From Lama guanicoe (Eukaryota), in assembly GCA_013239625.1 (NCBI GenBank), contig MU056050.1, positions 215,027 to 235,026 of the forward strand: a stretch of DNA of 20,000 nt, given 5' to 3'. Positions 9,638 to 19,701 of this stretch are shown here, in pieces. A program made the position numbers and the translations under genes. A model generated the notes under the pieces. The model searched no databases. It saw only the letters and a list, made by a program, of their open reading frames with translations, and had not been told where the DNA came from. Each line of letters opens with the position of its first letter. Positions within the stretch are counted from its first letter, which is position 1.

Positions 9638-12600
9638 GGATCAGGCCAAAATGGCAGACTAGAAAGACCCTGAGCTCACCTCCTGTCACTGGCACACCAA
9701 GACTACCATCATTTACAGAACACCTATCAATGAAAAATACCAGTACCTACAAGAAAAGATCTTCTACAACTAAAGATATAAAGAAGAAACCACAACAAGA
9801 TGGGTAGGAGGGGCGGAGTCACATATAGTCAAGGCCCATACCCCCAGGTGGATAACCCACAAACAGGAGGATATTACAATTTCAGAGTTTCTCTCCAAGG
9901 AGAGAGGGGTCTGAGTCCCGTATCGGTCTTCCCAGCCCAGGGGTACTGCATCAGGAAGCCAAATCTCTGAACACCTGCAGGGCTTACTTTTGGGACAGCC
10001 AGAGGGCTGTGGGAAAATAGAGATTCTACTCTTAAAGGGTGCACCCAAAATCTCACATGCTCCAGGACCCAGGGCAGAACCAGTAATTTGAAAGGAGGTT
10101 GGGTCAGACCTACCTGCTGATCTGGAGAATCTTCCAGAGCAGCAAAAGGCAACTACAGCTCACCCTGAGGACATGGACACTGGTGGCAGCCATTTCTGGA
10201 AGCTCTTCCTACCACATGAACTCTGGTGCTGGCAAGACCCATTTTGGAATCCTCCCTCTAGCTCATTAGCCTCAGGACCCAGCCCTTTCCATATCCACCA
10301 ACCTGTAGGCACCAGTACTGGGACACTTCAGTCCAAGCAACTGACTGGGAGGGGGCACAGTTCTACCCACTAGCAGACAGGTTGCCTTAAGACCCCTGAG
10401 CCCACGGCCACCCCTGGACACGGCCCTGTCCACCAGAAGGTCCAGGAGCAGGCCCCACACACCAATGCGCCTGTGCTTGATCTGGGACCCCCAGGGTCTC
10501 ACAACCAGAGATCCTGGGACCCAGTTCTACCCAACAGTGGGCAGACACCAACCCCCGAATCCCAGGCCCTGCCCACCAGTGAGCCTGCTCAAGCCCTAGG
10601 ACTGCCTCACCCATAAGCAAGTGGACACCAGCCCCATGAAAACTGCAGCCCCACAGCCTGTGGACCCAATTCACTCACAAGCAGGCCAGGTCCAGCCCTA
10701 GGACCAGCTGGGCCCTGGCCTCGCCTACCAGCAAGCCTCCTCTAGCTGTGGAACAAGCTTCACCCATCAGGGGGCAGACACCAGACCCCAGAAAACCACA
10801 ACCCTGCAGCCTACAGATCCAGATCACCCACCAGCAGGCCAACACCAGCCCTGGGAATGGCCATAAGTAGGTCAACACAAGCTTCAAGACACCCTAGGTC
10901 CCACTGCCAGCTGTGTCAAGAACCAGTTCTGGGACCCCTGGGCCCTGCAGTCAGAGCCCAGGTCCTGGCTCTGCCCACTCTGCCCACCAGCAGGCTGGCA
11001 CTAGCCCCAGGATCTGGTTTCATGCACCAGTTGGCAGTCACCAGCTCTGGGATCTCCTGGACCCTGACTACACCAGTGAGCCAGCACTAGCCCCAGGAGC
11101 CACCACGGTTTTGCAGCCAGCTGCTTTGTGATTCAGCCCCACCAAGCAAAGGTCAGCAGCCTCCACAAAAGGCAAGGCCTGGAGCCAACTGGATCAGGGG
11201 CCAACTGAGTCTACCAGACTGCCCTCAGTAGTCAGCCTGCCACAACAGAAGGATCCAAGTAGCCCACATAGGGGGCACCCCTGGAACATGTAACTCTAGT
11301 GATCAGAGGAGAGTGTGCTGCTGGGACACATAAGACATCTACAAAAGACCACTTCTCCAAGGCTAGGAAATATAATCAACTTACCAGATACATCAAAAAA
11401 AAAAAAAAAGCAAGTTAGGCAAAATAAGCAACAGAGGAATATGCTCCAAATGAAGGAAAAAGATAAAACCACATAAGTAGAGAAGGCCAATCTACCTGAG
11501 AAAGAGTTCAAGGTAATGATCATTAAGATGATGAAAGAACTTGGGAAGAGAATGGATGAACAGAGTGAGAAGATGGAAGTTTTTAACAAAGAGTTAGAAA
11601 ATATAAAGAACAACCAAACAGAGATGAAGAATACAATAACTGAAATTAAAAAAACACTAGAAGTAATCAACAGTAGACTAATTGATACAGAGGAAAGGAT
11701 CAGTGAGCTGGAAGACAGTGTATGGAAATCCCTGAAGATGAACAGAAAAAAGAATAAAAAGAAATGACTACAGTTTAAGAGACCTCTGAGACAGCATTAC
11801 TGTTTGCAGGAGACATGATAGTATACATAGAAAATCCTGAAGATGTCACCAAAAAATTATAGCTCATCAATGAATTCAGTAAAGTTGCAGGATGAAAAAT
11901 TAATATATAGAAATCTATTGCATTTCTCTACACTAACAACATACTATCAGAAAGAAATTAAGGAAATAATCCCACTTACAACCACATCGAAAAGAATAAA
12001 ATACCTAGGGATAAATTTACATAAGAAGGTAAAAGACCTGTACTTGGAAAACTATAAGACACTGATAAAAGAAACTGAAGACAATACAAGTGGATGGAAA
12101 GATATACCTGTTCGTGGATTCATAAGAATTAATATTGTTAAAATGATCATACTACTCAAGGCAATCTACAGATTCAATGCAATCCCCATCAAAATACCAA
12201 TGGCATTTTCCACAGAACTAGAACAAATCATTTAAAAATTTGCATGAAAACACAAAAGACCCCGAATAGCCAAAACAATCTTGAGAAAGAAGAACAGAAC
12301 TGGAGGTATCATGCTCCCTGACTTCAGACTATGCTACAAAGCTACAATAATCAAAACAGTGTGGTACAGGCACAAAAACAGACACATAGATCAATGGAAC
12401 AGAATAGAGAGCTCAGAAATAAACCCATGCACTTATGGTCAATAAATCTACAACAAAGGAGGTAAGACTATACAATGGAGAAAAGACAGTCTCTTCAATA
12501 AGTGGTGCTGAGAACACTGGACAGTTACCTGCAAAACAATGAGATTAGAACATTTTCTCACATGATATACAAAAATAAACTCAAAACGAATTGAGATCTG

Positions 12601-13450
12601 AACCATAAAACTAGATGAAAATATAGGTGGAACACTCTTTGACATGAATTGTAGCAATTTTATTTTGTATCTGTCTCCTAATGCAAAGGAAACAAAAGCA
12701 AAAATAAACAAATGGGATCTAATTAAACTTAAAAGCTTTTGCACAGCAAAGGAAACCATCAACAAAACAAAAAGACAACCAACTGAATGGAAAAAAATTT
12801 GCAAATTATATGACCGATAGGGGTTTAATATCCGAAATATATAAACAGTTCATACAAATCAATATCAAAAACAAACAACCTGATTGAAAAATGGGCAGAA
12901 GACCCGAAGAGACATTTTTCCAAAGAAGACATACGGGTGGCAAACAGGCACATGAAAAGATGCTCAACATTGTTAATCATCAGGGAAATGCAAATCAAAA
13001 CCACAATGAGATATCACTTCACACCTGTCAGAATAGCTAACATCAAAAAGAACACAAATAACAAATGTTGGTGAGGATGTGGAGAAAAAGAAATCCTCGT
13101 ACACTGTTGGCGGAAATGTAAATTGATGCAGCCACTGCAGAAAACAGTATTGAGGTTCCTCAAAAAACTAAAAATAGAACTACCATATGATCCAACAATT
13201 CCACTCTTTGGTATATATCAGAAGAAAATTTTTAAAAAACTAATTTGAAAAGATACAAGCACCCCAATGTTCACAGCAGCATTATTTACAATAGCCAAAA
13301 TATGTAAGCAACCTGTGTCCATCAACAAATGGATAAAGAAGATATGATATATATGTATATGTGTGTGTGCATAATACTGTAAATCAACTGCATCTCATTA
13401 AAAATATTTATATAATAGTAAATGAATAAATAAATAATAAATAAATAAAA
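9638..13450 (+). mobile_element. L1 with complete 5' UTR, partial ORF1, 3' half of ORF2 and A-rich tail; internally deleted and inactive
   Basis: 5' end ggatcaggccaaaatggcagactagaaagaccctgagctcacc. C-rich 5' UTR with internal repeats (10606-10690 vs 10758-10843). ORF1 coiled coil at 11516-11767. Frameshifted ORF2 from ~11800 to ~13345. AATA-rich tail at 13399-13450. The TSD aaaattatgggagtg is at 9623-9637 and 13687-13701. Confidence 0.93.
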
Positions 13451-13529
13451 CCAGACAGGATCTGGGGCTGTGATTGGGCATAGACTGTTAAAATTATCAC
13501 CCCACCAACACCACTATTTGACTTCTATT

Positions 13530-13668
13530 AGCAGCAACTATCTAATCATTATAAGAACTAATGTTATTCTAAACACTTTATATAGACTACTATATTTAAC
13601 CTTCACAACTCTATAAGGTAGGTTCTATCTTTATTCTCATTTTACAGCTGATGGAATTGAAGCCAGAG
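13530..13668 (-). mobile_element. MIR fragment inside the putative transduced segment
   Basis: tttaaccttcacaactctataaggtaggttctatctttattctcattttacagctgatggaattgaagccagag is the antisense MIR core. Confidence 0.7.
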
Positions 13669-13686
13669 AAAAAATAAAAATCAAAT

Positions 13687-14440
13687 AAAATTATGGGAGT
13701 GAATAAGCTCATCCAAGGAGAACATATAGAATGAAAAGAGGAGAGGTCAGAAAATAAAACTGAGAAAACACTAACTATGGGGCTGTGGGCAGAAGAAGAA
13801 CAAATAGTTCACAGAAACAGAAAGATAAGCCAGAGGGATAGGAGGAACACCCACAGAATTTGATGCTACAGAAACCAAGACAAGATGCAGTCTCAAAGAG
13901 GGAATGATGGAGAGACTCAAACCCTACTGAAGAATCACGTGAAAACTAACTTTCAAAGTATCCACTCGCTTTTGCACTGAAGTATCACTGGTGACCTTAT
14001 CAGAGAATTTTCACTCAAGTTTTAGGGCGTGAAAACCAAAATGCAGCAGACTGAATAGTGAAGGGAGCACAATGAAATGGCCATAGTGTAGGCTATTATC
14101 TAATGAGAAGAGAGAAAGGCCAGGACATAGGTTAGAGGGAGGAAATTATTCCAAGTACAGAGGGAACCTGAACAGGTTTACCATCTGGGAGAAAAATATC
14201 AAGTAGCACAGGAGGGGATGGGGCAGAGATACAGGAAACACAGGGGGAATAAGATGTAGTGAAGTCCCGGAGAAAACGAAATAGGAGGGACCCATCTAGA
14301 GCACGAAGACAGGATTTAGCAAGGAAAACTGAGGGACTTGTCTCAGTCACTTGATTTTGTTGATTACAGGAACTCCAAAGTCATCTGCTTAGGATGAGAA
14401 GGGAAGAGGGCAGACAGCTTGATACCATATAGAAAGTTTG
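13687..14440 (-). mobile_element. L2 fragment, antisense; continues the short piece at ~9590-9637 across the L1 insertion
   Basis: gtatttaaaattatgggagtg|aataagctcatccaaggagaacatatagaatgaaaagaggagagg and tcactggtgaccttatcagagaattttca match antisense L2. The right boundary is approximate. Confidence 0.6.
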
Positions 14441-14559
14441 ATATAGTAGCTCCGAGTTATGCAAGCAAGAGATGAACCAAAAAGAGCCCCCCATACACCC
14501 ACTCACCAGATTCCCAGGTTTCAAATGTGTTCCGCGTATCCAAGTGCCGTCCTTCAGAA

Positions 14560-15620
14560 GCTCTTCGAAATAATCATTTGGGGGCGCACAGCAGTCCCTG
14601 GCACAGTCACCCGGCCAGCCTGCCCTGTAGGTGGCGTGGTGCCTAGGAAGGTGCGTCCTAGTTGGAGCCAGGAGCAGTCACCCAACTTGCTCGCCGAACA
14701 GGGGGCGCTCAGCCGAGTAAGTTTGCTCCCAACATGCCTTGCGGCGAGAGTGGGGGCCCGCATTTCTGACGCGCTACCGCGTCGTCCGGCGGGGTTTCGT
14801 GTGGTGATCGGGTCGCTTCGCTCTTTGTTAGGAGAGCGCGTGGGTGAGAGGGAAAGGCTGCCGAGGAGGAGGCCAGGACTGAGCTAGGACTGAAGGAGGA
14901 CTGAGTGAGGAGCGGAGAGGCGGATCCATTGGCGGCCACCGCTCACCACAGCAGCGGCGGCGGCTCTGCCGACTAGGCCGCGGCGGCCATGGCCGTGGAC
15001 TTCCGGGACTCCAGGAGCGGTTTTCGCCACAACGAGGTGGTCATGTTCATCAACGAAGAGGTGCTCAGTAACGGCGGCGGTCCAGACTTCTACTCGACCT
15101 TCCGCTCGCGGCCCTGGAACGAGATCGAGGATGAGCTGCAGTCCATCCTGGCCGACCTGCAGGTGCCGCCGGCCGTCAAGAGGGCCTGCGTCTGGAGCGC
15201 GCTGGCCCTGAGTGTGCGTGTGGCCACGAGGCAGCGGGAGCAGCAGGCCCGCCGAGTCCGGCGGCTGCAGGAGCAGGTTGGGGAGCGCGAGACGGCCGCC
15301 TGGGCTCTGGCCTCCCAGCTGCAGCGGCTGCGCGAGGAGCACGAGGAGGTGGCCAAGCAGTTGCATTGCACACGCAACGACCTGCAGCAGGCGATGACCG
15401 AGCGCGAGGAGCTGCGTGGGCAGCTGCTCCAGGCAGAGAGGCAGCCCCAGGAGGTCGTACCCGGATCTCGAGCCCAGCACCTCGGGGCTGAAGCGTGGCC
15501 TCTGACCACTGAGGAGCGAAACAAGCTGCTGGTGGCGACATCACAGCGTAGGCAGATGGAGGAGGTCCAGAGGGAAGCCCAGAACGTCTCGACGGGCGGT
15601 TTGCTTTACATGCCTGGACC
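14560..15620. promoter_or_regulatory. CpG island covering the probable promoter, 5' UTR and 5' CDS of the TEX13-family gene
   Basis: Sharp rise in GC and CpG density against AT-rich, CpG-poor flanks. CRE half-site TGACG at 14767-14771. Strong Kozak context gcggccATGG at 14989. Confidence 0.75.
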
Positions 15621-16005
15621 CCCGAATCCCTGGTCCCAGGTGGCTCAGCCCCCTCTGCCCATGCCATTCTCCATGCCATTCCCATACCCACCACCTCCCC
15701 CACCTACGGTGGTCTCAGAAGTGGAAACAGTGGCAGCGGCGGCGGCGGCAGCAACAGCAGCGGCATTCCCACCCCAGATGCCTGCTGGGGGCACCTACCC
15801 ACCTGGCAAGTGGCCTGCAGTTGTGTCCCAAGAGGAGGTAGCCCTGCAGCGGGACCCGAGGATCGAAGGCCAACAGGAAGGTCCTGTGAGGCCCTGCTTC
15901 ATAAATCTGTCAGGGCAGAGCTGGAGCCAAGAAGACCCAACCAAGCGACAACCTCAGGAACAGATGCCGAGGCCACTCAAAGGTAAGAAAGCCTTAAAGC
16001 CCTAG
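14989..16005 (+). CDS. TEX13: Testis-expressed protein 13 family member (TEX13C/D-like), 338 aa: TEX13 N-terminal domain with coiled coil, then a Pro/Ala-rich region; lacks the C-terminal RanBP2 zinc finger
   Basis: The N-terminus SGFRHNEVVMFINEEVLSNGGGPDFYSTFRSRPWNEIEDEL...KRACVWSALALSVRVATRQREQQ is the TEX13 family signature. The ORF is uninterrupted, has a strong Kozak context and sits in a CpG island. The paralogue (C, D or lineage-specific) cannot be fixed without synteny. Confidence 0.9.
   Translation: MAVDFRDSRSGFRHNEVVMFINEEVLSNGGGPDFYSTFRSRPWNEIEDELQSILADLQVPPAVKRACVWSALALSVRVATRQREQQARRVRRLQEQVGERETAAWALASQLQRLREEHEEVAKQLHCTRNDLQQAMTEREELRGQLLQAERQPQEVVPGSRAQHLGAEAWPLTTEERNKLLVATSQRRQMEEVQREAQNVSTGGLLYMPGPPNPWSQVAQPPLPMPFSMPFPYPPPPPPTVVSEVETVAAAAAAATAAAFPPQMPAGGTYPPGKWPAVVSQEEVALQRDPRIEGQQEGPVRPCFINLSGQSWSQEDPTKRQPQEQMPRPLKGKKALKP
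15733..15765 (+). repeat. GCG/GCA trinucleotide run encoding a poly-alanine tract (AAAAAAATAAA)
   Basis: gcagcggcggcggcggcagcaacagcagcggca, in frame in the TEX13 ORF. Confidence 0.85.
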
Positions 16006-16166
16006 CAAGACGAGAAACCTGCCCCAGATCTCAGGAGGAGAGATTGGGACTGCCTATGGTATAGAATGTGACTAATTTTTCCTGACATTTGGCTTGTAAT
16101 AAATACAAGAAAATCTGGATACTAAATGAGGTGGGAAGCCGTAACCCAAAGCAAGCTCCTCACTGA
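16006..16166 (+). pseudogene. Decayed C-terminal coding remnant of the TEX13 gene (RanBP2-type zinc finger)
   Basis: Past the TAG the same frame reads QDEKPAPDLRRRDWDCLWY. After skipping 2 nt it reads NVTNFS*HLACNKYKKIW...PH*. This fits W-x-C-x2-C-x3-N-x6-C-x2-C with two Cys-to-Tyr changes. Confidence 0.75.
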
Positions 16167-17071
16167 ATTCAGGGATGTAGAAAAAGAATGGAGGCATATT
16201 CCAAAGAGAAATCAATTTCTGGATGCCCCCTTATGATTAAAAACTCTTTTATTTACATCATAGAAAATTTGAAAATCTGTCAAAATTTTTCATTATCCTA
16301 CCATCGAGCAATAACCATTTTTAACACATTAATATATCTATTTCTACATATGGATCTTTCCCCGTTTCATATTATACATGTGTATGAGTGTATATAATAT
16401 GCATTGTTTTAAAGAAAGAGAAGATTCTATTGAATATGTTAATTAATCTTTTAAAGGAAAACTTCTCCCAAATGCATTTAAGTTCACAGGTGGTGGACTC
16501 TGGACGGATGCTACCGATTGGTTGACACCCTACAGAGGCTGAAATGAAACATTCTCTTTTTCTCCTTTCTGTATTTTCCTAACTTCCTCTCTCCCATAAT
16601 ACCAGGTCTTTGAGAATACCCAGGCTTTTAGAACATAAGATACATTTTATTCTAGAAACACTTTTCCTTGAGAATGCAATTGTTATGCTGTATACCACAG
16701 CAATGTTCATACTTGTTTCTTGATTTGTTTTTATAATGTTCATTGATGAGGGCCTGTTCTTTGTGTCTCTAAGCTCCAGGAACTTCATGTGAAGCTGAAG
16801 GTCCAGCTCCCAGTGTGCGAATCCTCATTAAATACCCTTCTGGCTCTCAGCGGCCTCTACCTCAGTGAGATCTCAGCTGGCTGGAGCTAAAGCGTATAAA
16901 GGAATCAGGGAAGAGGAGACATGCTGGCACACATCTTGGAACAAGGGAGGGCAGACAGATTTTGTTAAACGTAATCCTTCTGTTGGGGAAAAAGGGTTGA
17001 CGTAGCAGAGTTTCAAAGGGGGTCGGGAGGGTTGTATTAAATTTAGGGGTTATCGCAAGTTTGTAAAATTG

Positions 17072-17130
17072 CATTCATTAATTCATTCAACAAGTGGTTA
17101 TTAATTATCTAGTATGTGCTAGGAACTATT
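17072..17130 (-). mobile_element. L2 3'-terminal fragment
   Basis: cattcattaattcattcaacaagtggttattaattatctagtatgtgctaggaact is the antisense L2 tail. Confidence 0.55.
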
Positions 17131-17960
17131 GTTATATGTTATCATCTGATGCACACATTATAACCCAAGTGGGTGACTTTGGTTAGATGACAGGAGAGAG
17201 CCTAATTTGGGATACAGATTATGTCAGTAGTGACTTCTTTGCCTTGTACATAGTGTGGCTTTGGGATAAATCCAATTGAAATAAAGTCAAGGTCTGTTTC
17301 TAAGATTCTGGGGGCAATGTCAAAGAGACCGTCATGGAGGGACTTGAATGACTAAACTGTTCATCACATTAATCCCAATGGAAATGAATGGGCAGGGGCA
17401 AGTATTGGCAAAGTGGCCTCACAAAAGTACAGGCAGGACTTCTCTGATACTCCTGCTGATTTCCTCCCCTGCGAGGAACAGCTATTTTCCTGGTTGTCTG
17501 AAAGACCTCTGGGTTGTCTTTAAGAAAGACTTCGTTTGGGAGAGTGTTGGCTACACACTCAAGCCCTCAGCCTCAGTCTGCCCCCAGCCCCAGCCCCAGC
17601 CCCTTTCCAGTCAAAAGTGGGTGAAGAATAAAATAAAATAGTTTCCAAGGACAGGCATCATGCTATGGATGGTGTTTCCCTTGGGAGGACGTACTGGATT
17701 AAAATTAGAACTAGATAGGGACAAGCACTCTTGGGAATGCCCCGGGCCCCTTCTCTACCACTTGGTGTGTTCTCTGCAGGCTCTGCTCCACTGAGGCAGC
17801 TGCTGCAAGCAGTGGGGAGCCAGGGTGGAGCCCAGAGCGTGGGAAGTTAGATCAGCCTCCAATCTGAACAAACAGTGTTCTTCAGTTCCCCCAGGAGATC
17901 CCAGTTTACCAAGTTCCACCTTTGTCAGAGGTTTTCTGATTCTTACTAGTATAAAGTGTG

Positions 17961-19247
17961 CACAGCTGCCATATCCTGCAGCGCTGAGCACCCGGGCGGG
18001 GGCGAAACCTGCATCTTCACCTAAGGGCTTAGCAGCCTCAAAGGCCAGACAGAGGCTTGTCTACAGCCCGAGGCAGATAGGATCCTTCCGTCCTGGTTCC
18101 TCAGAGAACGTGCTCTGCCAAGACAAACAAGGAGCTGGGTTTTGGCCCGGAGCAGGGACGGGGCTGTTCCTCGGTCTTCCCTGAGCACACCTACGGAGCA
18201 CGCAGCAGCACAGAGCTGTGGAGCGACCTGACCAGTGCGGGGAGAGGGTGGGCGGCCCCCCGCCTGTCGGGCAGGAACGCAGCCCCTGATCGTGGTGCTG
18301 GGAGGGGGCGCGACCTGCCCTCCTACCTGGCCAGTCTGCAACATCTGACTGCAGCATCGGGAGGGGCAGTGACCCGCTCGCCCACAGCAAAGGAGAGCTG
18401 CACCTGATCCAATGTTGGGAGGGAGCACGAGCTGCATGCTGACAGGCACTGGGAGCAGCACAGATGAAGGTGCCAAGGGAGGGCTTCTGGAAACAGTAAG
18501 CTGAGCTTCCAAAACAGGGCGAAGACAGAAAGACTTCACATTAAGAGCATACAGTCTCCAGGAGAACACCCCCCCCTTTTTTTAAATCTGTTTTTACCTG
18601 TTCTATTTTCTATTACCCTTTTAATTTTTACTTCTTAAACAATTATATATACTCCCAGTTTTAATCCCTTTTAAATTTTTTAAAAATATTTTTATTATTT
18701 TTTTTAAAAAAATCCATGTCATTTCATTTTTATTTCTCTTGGTTTTGATGTTCTGTTATTGATTATACACAGGTTTCAAATACATTTTTTCCCTCTTTTC
18801 TCCCATTTAAAAGGTTTTTAAAAGATGTCTCAACCAGATTGCTATTCTGCTTCAACTTGCTCTTCTATTATTCATTATACACTGTTTTCAAACCCTTTTT
18901 TCTCCCTTCTTTTAAAATTCTCTCTCTCTTTTTTTTAAGTGTTATTCTTACATAGGCATTAGATAGATAAATAAATAAACTCCATAAGGACCACAATAGA
19001 TAACTGATACTCCATAAACCACAGTGCCAGAGAGGTATGAGCAAGATGAAGAAGCAGAGAAACCATTCCCAAATTTTTTGTTTTCGGTAGGATGGGTTTG
19101 AGATCATGTTACTATCAGTTTAATAAAAACAGTTATAGTAATGGGCTAATAGACTTACCAAGAAGGGTAACCACAAGCCAAAAACTTACAAGGGAGTCAC
19201 AAAAACTAAATAAAATCCATGATTAAAAAAAAAGGAAAAAAAGAAAA
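17961..19247 (+). mobile_element. Relatively young L1 fragment: partial 5' UTR, first codons of ORF1, inter-ORF segment and A-rich end
   Basis: GC/CpG-rich UTR-like block (17961-18570), then a T-rich block, then atgagcaagatgaagaagcagagaaaccattcccaa (MSKMKKQRNHSQ, an L1 ORF1-type start) at 19036-19071. It continues into agggtaaccacaagccaaaaacttaca, which resembles the L1 inter-ORF spacer. Confidence 0.7.
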
Positions 19248-19334
19248 TAGATATAGACTAAAGAGCATAATAAGAAAATGACTTAGAAGTAGATTGCATC
19301 TTTATCTCTTAATAGTGGCCTTGTGTGAGGGTCA

Positions 19335-19536
19335 GCATAGCATAGCTGTTAAGAACATGGACTTTAGACTGAGTTTGAATCTTGCCACATGGTGACTTAC
19401 CGTCTGTGTAACCCTTGGCAAACTCCTTAACTTTTCTGTGCCATAATTTTGCTTATATGAAAAATAGAGATGATAATAGTTATGCGTACCTCACAGGACT
19501 GTCATGAGGATTACGAATTAGTATTTGTAAGCACTA
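19335..19536 (+). mobile_element. MIR SINE
   Basis: gcatagctgttaagaacatggacttt...tgagtttgaatcttgcc...tgtgtaacccttggcaaactccttaacttttctgtgcc...tacctcacaggactgtcatgaggatta. Confidence 0.8.
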
Positions 19537-19701
19537 TGCAAATGTAAAATTAAACATAAGTATCGTTCTTCCAAATGTAGACTCTCACTAATTCATATAC
19601 ATGATGTATATCAAATAGTTGTTTCTTCAACTCAAAGTGTCTACGTAAAACCCCACATTATTAGATAATTAATAAATTAGATGAAAATTCAAGTAAAAAA
19701 A

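Noticed and set aside
9770..11131. Cluster of 66-95 aa ORFs on both strands
   Set aside because: All lie in the C-rich L1 5' UTR and show no protein-like signal.
14459..14887. 142-aa ORF upstream of TEX13 on the + strand
   Set aside because: No recognisable domain, out of frame with TEX13, and long ORFs are expected by chance in a GC-rich island.
14554..15703. Several antisense or overlapping ORFs (69-198 aa)
   Set aside because: Shadow frames of the GC-rich TEX13 CDS and CpG island.
17755..18569. ORFs of 78-182 aa
   Set aside because: They mostly overlap the GC-rich L1 5' UTR fragment and show no recognisable homology.
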